DNA from: Tubulanus polymorphus
Taxonomy: Eukaryota > Animalia > Nemertea
DNA: 64,000 nt
NCBI RefSeq assembly: GCF_964204645.1
Contig: NC_134032.1
Location: 9,412,275-9,476,274 of the forward strand
Direction of reading: 5' to 3'
Below are positions 38,801-50,800 of this stretch, one piece after another (the stretch's first letter is position 1; the number at the start of each line of letters is the position of its first letter). The notes under the pieces are model-generated. The model saw only the letters and a list, made by a program, of their open reading frames with translations, did not search any database and was not told the DNA's origin. The position numbers and the translations under genes are program-made.

Positions 38801-41800
38801 ATGATGTCACAGGGGGATTTAAGAAGGCAGCCATCTTTTCTGGAAGCGTCTTTTGGGGAAATTTGATGGTGTCATAGGTGGATTTATGAAGGCAGCCATC
38901 TTCTCTGGAAGGGTCTATGGGCGAAATTTGATGATGTCATAGAGGGATCAATAGGACGATGCCATGTAGATTCATGTTGACAGCCAAATGTTCTTAAAAA
39001 TGTGTCGGGGCAATTTGATGATATCATTGGGGGATTAACATTGGCTGCCATCTTTATGCGATAGATATAGCCCAGTGTTTTCATTTCTGAATTGGTAATA
39101 ATCTTCAATGGTTTTCCCTCTTGCAGTCGGTTTGTTACAAGTACGTCAGAAATTTTCCGATGTCGCTCAAACGTCACGTGATATGTGCGCTGACCTCAGT
39201 CACTGTATGACTCTGTTCACCCAACAAGAAGAGGTTTGTTTTCATATTCATTATTCAATCGGGCCCCGGTAGTACCGCAGTTCCCGGTTAGGGTTCGACT
39301 CGAAAGTTCCGTTCAACCCGGGCGAAGATCGTTTACCCGAACGTGAACTGAAATTTTCGTCTACGCGATCTATGACCCGTTGTTTACACGGCATATATGA
39401 ACTGGATGGCCACTTACCTGGAAATCAGGTAAAAATCTCTTTAGATAAGTCTCGGGGAATAGTCAGGGAATTTTTCGAAATCTAAAAAATCAGGGAAAAG
39501 TCGGGGAAATTTGATGAGATTGGTAGATCATGCGTAAAAGTCAAAGTTTCCTTCTAATTATTAATTGATTTGATCAAGTCAGGGAGAAAACGTGCATGTC
39601 AGGAGAAAAGTCGGGGGAAAATTAAGTCAAATAAAAGTGGCCACCCTGATGATTTATGCTACTGTAACGACAGACAAAAATTCGATGGGACTGTATTGGC
39701 TGATTGACTGGAATGGAGGCAGGTGGTTTGTTCAGGGGGACAGCGGTGCATGCTGATAAGAGCTAGAGAATAATCATTGTTTCGATTGATTAATAATCGG
39801 GATAAGCTTAATCCGTATTAATTTAATCAATTAATATTAACTTAATCCGCCGCGACACACTGTGCGGTGGATTACCAGTGAAATTAGCTGAATTTGATCA
39901 GCATGTGGTTCAGGTTTGGAAGGGCGGTGAAGGATGGGTTCAAGGGGGAGAGGAATGAGGGGAGCTATACTGATAAGGGCAGAGGAGAAAGAAGAGACTG
40001 GGAGTTAGAAAGGGTTGAGAGCGCGATAGGAGAAGAGAGACAGATTGCGTGAATAAGGGGAGGGAGAGAGGGAGAGAGAGGCTTCCTAATCGGTAACCTG
40101 TTCAGACAAGATACGAGAGGGGTTGAAACCAACAATTATTTTCAGATTTTTATATTTGAATAAATTTTCTTTAAACCCCTACAGTGCTGACTAATTAATA
40201 CCCGAATGTGCTGGAGATAATTTGGAATTATTTGAATATTGCAGCCCAGTGCGTTGAATAATGGGCATATACTGCTTTAGTGCGTCTACACCGCGGTGCA
40301 GTGTATCTTAGTGATATTTCACTATGTTTGACAAGTTCAGCCATCTTTCAATAGAGTTAAAAACTAATTACTCAAAACATCAATACACCGCACTGCAGTG
40401 TAGATGCCTCAAATGCATCATGATAGAGACTATGATCATTTCGGTGTAGACGACACAGAAAGGGTTAAAACCGACCATTTTTAGTATCAATATTGGAAAA
40501 GATTTTCTTTTAACTGTCGTTCGTTCCGTTTCAGGTTAGGAAGGCTCAGCTGCAACAGGAACAAGAGAAATCTCGCGTTTTGCAAGATGTGGTGCACCGA
40601 CTAGCCACCGAATACCACGAGATGGAACAATCGCTGAGCGTGTCGGGTAACGGCGGCGCCGGCGGCGTACGATCCCCGGCGCGGTTCTACGACACGGACG
40701 ACGACGAATTTTACGACTGCGACGAAAACGAAAATAACAATGAAACCGACGGCGCGAACGACATCTCCGTCGTCGAGGCGACGAAAAAGTCGACGCCGCG
40801 ATTTCGCGGCAACGCAGGTACGAACGATTTGAAATTGTTGGAAGATCTGCGAATCATCGATTGTCATTTCCCGCTCGCCGAGGGCGATTTGCACATTTGC
40901 GATGGTCGCAATTCTTTGACCGGTGATTTTTGCGTGATCGAAGGTAGTAGTTTAGGCGAAGGCGATTCGGATTTAGGCGACGGCGGTAGTCGCCTGTCGC
41001 GCCACGAGAAAGGCGATAGCGATGGTAGCGATGAAGGTAGGTGTTGCGATTGTCGAGGTTGTAGGAGGTTGCGGAGGTGATGGTCACCGTCTCTATTTAA
41101 CCTCACGACTTTTGGAGTCAAAAACCCTGAATACGGATGTTTTATTTTGAGCAATCCCAAAAGTCAATACTTCATTAAACCTTATGCCTTCTGGAGTCTT
41201 TGACTTAAAGGAGTCCCTTTAAGAAAACTTAACTCCAAAGACTTCTGGAGTCTTTGACTTAAAGGAGTCCATTTACGAGGACTTAACTCCACCGACTTCT
41301 GGAGTCTTTGACTTAAAGGAGTCCCTTAATGAGGACTTGATTCCAATGACTTCTTGAGTTGTTTACCTAAAGGAATCCCTCAATTACAACGACTTGATTC
41401 CTTATTTTTTGGAGTCAAAGCCTTGCATGTTGGTTTTCTGGAGTCAAAGCCCTGAACTGGTAGTCCTTTCAAACCTCTTGACTTTTTGCATGCAGTTTCT
41501 ATTTAAACTCTTGGTTTTTGGGAGTCAAATTCTTAACTGCATTGCTATAAAACTTTAGATTTCCTCACTTCAGCAGTCAAGCCCTGAATATAGGGTTTTT
41601 TTAAAGTCTCTTGACTCTTGGAGTCATGCACTCGGCAATGACTTAACAGCATGCGTATATTGTCGCTAACCGAAAGCTTAAGACTAATTCGCCATCTATC
41701 GCATCGAAATTGCACTAAAAATTATAATGTTCTCGCAATTCCGACAACTTTGCCCACCTTTCAAAAGCTGTATATTTCTCTACTGATAAGTTGACCTTTA

Positions 41801-44800
41801 CTTTGCTAGAATTGAGCTTACATTCGCTAGACTTAGATTACTATATTCAATCGCATGCAAATTAGATAGCGCAGACTTCGCCAATCGAGGTTTCCTCCCT
41901 TGTCGCACCCACCTGTTTCCGTAGAATGGTAATCATCTGCCCATTGACTCATATTATGTTCACTCAATAGCATTTAACAGCATGCATGGGTTCGGGCAAT
42001 GCTCATTGTGGCAATTGAGGATCCACCAAGTATAAGGATGTAACAATTTAGGATAAGCGAAAAAAACTAAGTCCTTCGCAAATCAATCGATCTTTACTGA
42101 ACGTGTCCAATGTTTTTAGTGGTACCCTATTGCCGCATAATAGTAGCCCACCGAGCAGGGGCTGGTTCCATAATCGAGACTTTAGTACTGAAGTGGTCTT
42201 AAATCTGAAGACTGTTCTTAGTTGTTAGATTGGCTGTTGAACTAAGGTCGTCTTAGAGCGGTCTCAAGTCTAAGCCTCGACTACGGAACCGGCTCCAGGT
42301 TATGATTTCCTCGTAGAAAAAAAGCATTTGAAAAGTCTTCAAAAACTGTATCTCTTGTATAGGCTCTCAGGCAATGCTTTGTCACTAGATCAGATCGAAA
42401 TATTTCCCCTTACCTATTAACGTTTTTGTTTTTTTGGGAATTTTTTTCGCAGAGTTAATCGACAGCGAGAACTATTCGTTCTACGAATGTGCGTCCACTG
42501 AAGAGTCGAAACCGTCCTCCGCCAACAACGGAAACTTGGTGCATTCGATGACGTCGCGGAACGAAAAATCGAAATGGGGAGCGCGGTAAGTTTCAATAAT
42601 TATGGAAATTAATTTTTTGAAAACTACGTCTATCACGGGGTTGCCATCGACCTGGACAACTTGTCAAATCTAGAAAAATCCGAAAAATCTACGGAAAATA
42701 ATCAGGGAATTCGGATAGTGCTATTGACTGCACGTTTCTTTATCACTACATGATTCATTAAAAAATGATTTGTAAGATTCTAATCCTTGAAATTTTTCTG
42801 ATTCCCTCGGGGAATTTTGTGTAATCACTTGGAAAAATCTGGGAAAAGTCAGCAGGTTTGTAAATGGGCGACCCTGTGGCCACCCTGTTTATGCTGGTCA
42901 TATGACCCTGTTTTCGGTGAGGCTTCTTGTCTAGGTCGAGCCCATTCTCAAATTTGCGAACTCTGATCTGTGGAACTGGAATATGAGTTTTGAATCTGGC
43001 TGATGGTTGAGTACGGAAGTTACGGAGAATTAAGATTAGAGTTAAGCTCATTTTGCTTAATCTGAGACAGGTCTCAAGAGTTAAGGCCAAACTTTTACCT
43101 TTTGACTGAAGGCTAGGGTGCCCAGCTGAGCCCTAGGCTGGGCATTGAAACCCCTCTTCGACGAATTGGGTCTCGATCAGAAACCAGTGTTGTTGGACAG
43201 TGCTGACATCTGCCGGGTGACTTTGAAATTATCCGCTAACATTAATCAGTTATACGATGCGGTTTCATAGCAAAGTATCAACAATTTAATTTTTGTTATC
43301 AGAACTCAAATTCAAAATTCACTTCAGAGAAATGAAAATGAAATAAAACAATAATTACTATATACTAATGTTATCGATGAATTTTCATTTCTCTGCTGAT
43401 GGAGTTTAGTCAAAACTTCGAAACTGATAGAAAATGAATCATTAAATCATCAACTGCGGGTTTTGCTCATTAAATTTTGAATTCAGTTTAGAAATTAAAT
43501 AGGTTGTAACCGGCCGACATCAAGTGAGTAAGACCAACAAAATTTTACCGGAATTAAACCCATAACTGTAGAACTAACCTAACTCAACTGTGGAACCTAT
43601 TACAGGGGTCAGTCATATTGATGTGCGAATAACATGAAAAATGGAACTGCTCGGAAAATTTTAGAAAATATGAAAATTTTTAGAAATCTATTAAAAATCA
43701 TGAAAAATTAGTGTCTGTCGAAATATTTTAATCCCCTCTATTATGCTATATTGTGTTGAGCTCAGAAATTATGCGCAAGCTGTGTTACAGTTTAACAAAT
43801 TCAAATGAAATCTGCTGTTATTGTTAGTAACCACTTACATATGTAGTACCTAGACGTGGAAATATTTGAAAACTGGTATTTTGTTGGAAAAAATATGAAA
43901 AAAGCTCACATTTTGAGGATATGAAAAATTTGAAAATTCTTAAAGTTCATCTATCCAAACTCACTATTGTGGAACTGAAATCATCGGACATGACTGCAGA
44001 TCGAATTGGACCCGCAACTGTGGATAAAATTGGACCCACAACTGTGGAACCAATGAAACCAGCAAATGTGGAACCAATGAAACCCGCAACGGTGGAACCA
44101 ATTAAACCCGCAACTGTTGAACCAATTAAACCCGCAACCATGGAACCGATCAAACGGACAACTGTGGAACCAATCAAACTGTGGGACTGGACCTTAATTG
44201 ATTTCCTAGTGGAATTTACGTAGCTGTTAATTAGCAGTTAAACGATAGTGAAATCGGCGTCATAAGCGGTGATCATTGAAACGTCGTCTTCTATTCGTGT
44301 CTCGAGCGGTGTCTTGTGGCGGCACCTCTCTCCACGTCGTCATCGTGAAGAATAAGAAGAGAGAAGAGAACGACGAGATCATTAAGTATTGATCTACGCT
44401 GACCTAGATTCATTATGAGAGAGCGAGAGAGAGCTAGCGACAATCGCTGCTCGCCGCGCACACAGGCATACGCATACACGGGCGGTTTATAGATTTATAC
44501 TGGTAGCAATAAATACATGCGCGATATCAGCTCGCATCGATGTCACAATATAAACAATCGCTACGCGTTGCGAAAACCGGATTATGTTAACTATGCGTCG
44601 GATGGATTATCAGTAGTAGAGTTAATCCGCGGATTAGCCGATTCGGGATGGCGGGGCACGCGACTGGTCCGGATACGACGCGGCGAGAGGTTTACCCGTA
44701 CAGGTAAGCGGTGTGCGTCAATCTAATGGATTTTATTGGCAATGACAGTTCTCGCGTTGGGCTACACGCTGACCCGTGCTGCCGGGACTTATGCCAAAGT

Positions 44801-47800
44801 AGGTTCTATTCTCGAGATGGATTTTACCAACGTAGATTGGTTCTAGAACCGAAATGAGCTTAGACTGGTCCAAGGTTGTTTATTTGCTTAGACTGGTTTC
44901 TTTCATGCTTGCATTGAGGTCTCTTGAGCGCTTGTTTTTGAGAGGGGGCTAATGGGCTATTGCTGCAGAGTTTTGTGGGCCATTGGGCACTTGCTAAAAG
45001 ATTCAGTATCCGGCAATGTCGCGGAATCGGGCATCTGCTTTCAGTTCTGGAGCTCGTTGCGTTCAGACGCAAGTATCTGACAGAAAGTAATACTACCAGG
45101 TTCAGTTTCATAGCCGTGAGCTCTCGATTTTTAAACAATTCAGTCATACCTCAACTCACTAAAAAAAATTGTAATGCGTTTTAATCAGCAATAATGTTTA
45201 AATGTTTAGACTGATGTAAAATGCATTATTTTTTCAAGACGTGGTATCTTTCAGCCTGTTCAGGTCTACGCGTATTGCATGTTTGAAGGCGTTTGAATAT
45301 TTGATAGGATCTTGCAGTACGGCAGACAGCTATACGTTACTCTATATCCATTCTATTATAGAATGGTAAGAGCGCTGTCCGTCAGCCGGTCCATCTGTCT
45401 GCATGACACACTCTGTCAATCAACGATTAATAATTAAAATTGAAAGTTCGCATGTACTGCTGTTCACTATTGATGAGTCGGTGCGGGGCCCCCTTTGATG
45501 TTATTGTCATGCAATAGTGGAGGGCTCCAATAGGGTGGCCCCTTGCCTGGAAATCAGGGAATTTTTTCTTTTCTTTGATAAAGTCAGGGAATATAGTCGG
45601 GGAATTTTGTAAGAAAAAGCTTAAAGTCAGGGAAATTTGTTTCAGATTGCTAGATCACACGTAAAATCAAACAGTTTCCATCTATGTATTATGTATGTAT
45701 TTGGCTGTGTTAATTGATTGGATTCTTAGCAGATCAAGTCAGGGAAAACAACGTGCATGCTAGGGAAAAGTCGGGGAGAAAGCTAGTATAATACCTAAAA
45801 AGGGCCACTCTGTCGAATTTAGACAGCCATCCGGCGATGATATAAGAGGCCATTCACAAGGGGGCCCTTCCCAACTGGACAGGGATCCAAGACCTGATGG
45901 CTGCGCAAGACTCTGCCTGATTAAGCCGGAAATGTACAGGGCTAAACAAATTGCCATTAATGAATCAAATTTAATTAAAATTTTACCATAAATTAATTAA
46001 AGATAATCGCTAAGGCATATTCAAAGGTAGCCGTACAACGAATAATCCGGGTTGAAATGAAATGTGATTTTTCTGATCGGCTGATAATGACTTTGCCGCA
46101 ATGCTGCTTGACTATATACGCGTAGTCATGGTTAAGACTTAAAAAAACAGTAGACGACTAGCTTATTTCAATATAGCCAATCTAATCAACTTTAAAACCA
46201 GTGTCAAGATTACTGTACTCATCGCATTGCCTGTATAGAAAGATGTAGAACCTCCAATGACATCATCGAATTACTCCTATGTAGACGTTGCCAGAAAAGA
46301 TGGCTGCCTCAATGAACCCGCTATGTCATCACCGATCATATTATTCCTAAAGCTTCTACTAAAGATGGCTACCGCCTATAAAATCCCATAATGACATCGT
46401 AAAATTATCCATAGACACTGCTAAAAAAGATTCTCGACTATGGCACTGGCCCCAGCGCTGTCTGGGCAGGGCTGGCTTCGTTGCAGCGTCCACAATGCCA
46501 TAGAGTCTGAATACCCGTTGAGGTCGGATGTTATTATCATGCGATTATTATCAACAAAATTTGTATAGCACCTTATTCCAAAAGAGGCTCTAAAGCACTT
46601 TACACAACAAAGAAGACTTTTAAAACGCTCTAGCGATTCAGCCGATCTTACGGCACTGGTGAGACAGTCCGTAAAACTGCATCCTCCCCCCGGCAGGGAT
46701 TCGAACCTGATGGCACCGCAATTACCACGGTACGAAACCCTGCCACACTAGACCAAGTGCGCAGCTACACGCGCAGCTTAGATGATGTCATTATCAGTCA
46801 ATCAGAAATCCCGTTTCATTCTAGCCCAGGTTTTCCCATTAATAGTTCTACCGTGCAATTTACCTCGGCAATTATACAACGACCAATCTGATTGGTGCCG
46901 CGAGTTTTCGTGCGGCAAAGCTGCGCACCCGGTCTACTGTGGCAGGGGTTTGTGCCGTGGCTGAGTGTAGCGATGCCATCAGGTTCGAATCCCTGCCGTG
47001 GGAGGATGTGAAACCGGTGCAGAGCTAGTAAAAGAACCGTATACATAGCGCTTAGTTTTGAAACAGGGAACATCCAGTGAAAGTTGTTTACGGTACATGT
47101 TGGAATTGCTGTCCGCTTAGGGAGTTAGATATATGCATTGTATTCGACGTATATAGATATATTATTCGGATGCATGCCTGTATTAATGATTCCGCGTACG
47201 AATCAGTTCCGGTAAAAGCTGTTTGTTGATTTGTTATTGATGGTAATTGTTGTGTCATATTTGATTGATTTATCGATTTTTCGCCGTGGAAAATCGTTGT
47301 TTGTTCACCTATGCGCGTACATTGAATAGGTATCGAATCGCTCGGTACCAGAGGGAGTGACGGGGGGATAGGGAGAGTGACTGGTGGGATGCATGGTTCC
47401 CGCACAGAACAGGGAAATGGGAATTTTGAAATGATAATTCCCACTTTGGAAATATTTGAGGATTTGAGAAATTTTCCTCAAATCTGGGAAATATTTGTGA
47501 ACAAATTCATTTACATTTCACGTATTGCATTTGCCAAGGCCACCTAACGCAGCGATTTCCCTTGAAAATCCCCTTTATCAACCAGTTACCACTAGATTGT
47601 TGACTGTAGCATGAGGATGTTTATTCCAATTTTGATGAAGGCCCCATTTTTCATTTGGGAAAATTGAAAAATCACCCACGAAATACTTAGGAAGAACCTG
47701 GGAATTTTTTTAATTCATGTAACTGCGGGAACCATGGTGATGCAATGGGAGAGGGCAAGGTGATCTGATGTTGGGATTTTAGATAGCCTAGATTCATCTT

Positions 47801-50800
47801 TAGCATAACAATGCGGCTGCTGAATTTGTAAAGGTTTCGGTAGGCTTAGACAGTTTGAAGACTTTTCCCCTAGAATATCAAAAATTTAATTTTAGAAGTG
47901 ATATGAGAACTATTGGCTTTTCTATGGGTGGCAGTGTTCTTCTATGGGTGACCGTATTTTGTAATCCTAAAGGGGCTGCATTCATTGTTTAGTGTATGAA
48001 TCTTGGCTGCTGAAGTAGCTTAACTTTCAATCCCCCCAAAAAAACCCTAAATTAAGCTTAATTTTGGTGTAATCTATTTTTCACATTAGCTCAATATATT
48101 TCAAAGCAATTATCAGCGCTGATAAAGTATTGGCATCCACTTTGGAAGTGGCAGCAGATATTCTATAACAGATGGCTGACTTTCAGAGGGGTGGATGTAA
48201 AAATGAAATGTTTGTGGCTGCCCTTGTATAGCCTGTTCTGGAGAATACTGGGTGGGCGATTTTCAGAGGTGTGGACGTGAGATGGCACTTTGATCAATAC
48301 GCAAGCTTTTAACTATACGTTTCCAATTTCAAATTCGAAACCTCCTGTTTCGTTCCCAGCAGGCGTGTTTGTAAGGAGCACCGAATAAGCATCTATTCAA
48401 ATCAATAAGAGGGATATATCCTTTCTTTATGATAAAAATCCTGCAAATGCTATGGTTTGCGAGTGAATGGAGAGAAAATATTGCAACACGCTGTATGATA
48501 ATAACAGGAAGATCATTCAATTCTTGATTAAACACGTATTTCAAAAGTATTTTTCCCCATTTTTTATATTGCTTGTATTGATGTAAATATTTCAATTGAA
48601 ATCTATTTTTGAACCGTAATACGATGAGTTCTCGTGATGGCGTTATTTGTTTTCACGAAAGACTGCGTTCAAATTAGATTTGAAAAGCGGTTTGAAAAGC
48701 GAACGAAAACACCTTCGCCTTTCATCGAGCCGCTTAACTTCCCTTCTCCTTGGCCATTGTCTACCCCGACTGTCTTCCTTTTCCCTGCCTTTCCTCGCGA
48801 TATAGTAAAGAAAAATTACTCCGAAAGGTTCCCTTGAATTGTAGTTTATTTCGACTATGTTGACTGAAAGCCCTATAGTCATCTTTAGGGAGTACATTCC
48901 TGAAGATGACTATTAAGATATAGTTGGAATATCAAAATTATTCCCGAAGATGACTGTAAGGACATAATCGAGACTTGGAAATCACCTATAGCTAAAGAAA
49001 GCCTCGAGGGGTCGTTTTTCTTTTCTGTATTGTGGAATTTTTTTACTGTATTATCATTTCAATATGGACAGAGCGTTTCATCGAGATTGCATTCTCTCTC
49101 TCTCCCTCTTCAATCTCGCATTTCCTACCCTCTCTACCTCTCCCCTTTCATCTCTTTTGGGGGGGAATTTAAATGAGGCGGAACTTTTGATCCCTTGGCT
49201 GGCGAATGCAAGTGCTGTAGGTTTGGAGGTCTTATAAGTGTTTAGACGCATTTCCGGCTGTTAGTGAATATCGCTTAACAAAGTCTCTAAAGCCTCGCCT
49301 ACATCGACACTGCGATTGGAGACAACTAGTTGCCGGGCAGTTTTCGGCGCATGAGAGCAACTGGCTGGATACAATCAGTTGCTCGAATTTGTCGATGTGA
49401 GCTAGCTTACGCCTGGTTAGCGTCCATCTATCTCCAGTTTCACTCAGTTGCTCATGTTCTACTTTTGAGCAACTAGTTGTACTCAGTTGCTGTCATATCC
49501 GTCGATGTGAGCGCTCCTTAATCACAACACATGGTTGTAACTGACTAAAACAAAGCAATTTGTCACGTGACTTGTGATGCTCTCAAGAATATTTGCTAAA
49601 ACACATCTCAGTTGCTGTCGATGTACGCGCTATGGACCTAGTGACCAACATGAGCCACGCAGTTGCTGGTTTTCATTAAATTTTCGACGTGAGCGGGGTA
49701 CTCGCTCACTAGCAACTAGTTGTCGCCAGTCGCTTTGTCGATGTATGCTTAGCTTAAAACATTAATTTAATCTCATGAATTCTAAAAATAACGGAACTCG
49801 GGATCATAAGGAGAGGTGCGTTCGTGCCCAATGCACACCCCTTGGGTATGGGCCTGATTCTTATTTTCTCTCGCCATCACCAATCTCACATTCCCTACCC
49901 TCTCCTCCTCTTTTCCCTTCATACGCTCTTCCTCCTCTCCCCAACGACTGTCACACAGTCACACCGCACTACTGGCATTCCATTACCAGCAAAAACCATT
50001 AATCTGAATACATACTCAAGCATATGGCTGCAGGATAGTTAGTAACAGCCGAGCTAACTAACATCCTGGACGCAGTAACCGGACCAGCAGTACGTATATA
50101 CCACCGGTATCTAACCAACACCGAGTATTGACTTCGACCAGCGTGCGCGCAGACCCTCACAACAATAACATCATCACCGATGACGACGATGATGATGATG
50201 ATGATGTCATGGCTACTGAAACTCTTGTAGACGCGGAGGACTTCAGCGCTCGTTCCTCGCGGCATATTGATTTGGCGTTCGCTGGAATACTCGTAAAGAG
50301 GGGGCACTCGCGAGAAATTTATATACACGGGGAGAACGGCGATACAAAACAATTCTATCAATACGAATATCCATTCTGTAATCATGCATAGATATGGTGC
50401 ATGCAGGCGTGCGATATGCGTAAATGATAATGATTGATGTACGTGTATGTAGTATGTGCTTGTTGATTTACTGCCACGGCACTTTTCCCGGCCTGTACCT
50501 GCGCATACCCCCCTGCAGCTACTGGCATATGGTGCTAACCGCTGAGAATGTTCCCCCCCCCCCCCGGCCCTCGTACGGACGTGGATTTTCGACGGTGTGT
50601 ACGGAATCCCGCAACAACATGGAGATCTAGTCCAAAATGTTTCCTTGAGCTAGTAGTTTATTTGACGTTTCAGTTATATGCTAATAGTCGTCTTCATGAA
50701 TACTATCTTCGGTATTCCTGAAAATGACTATCAGAATGTCGTCGAAACGTCGAATAAACTACTAGCTCAAGGAAACATTTCGGACTAGATTTTCTTGTTA

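Noticed and set aside
43921-44223. ORF with KPATVEPI repeats
   Set aside because: Translation of a 24-bp intronic tandem repeat related to the 39-bp satellite
50128-50391. Possible third ORD-only first exon (ATG about 50209, after a GAT repeat)
   Set aside because: No convincing phase-2 donor before the in-frame stop
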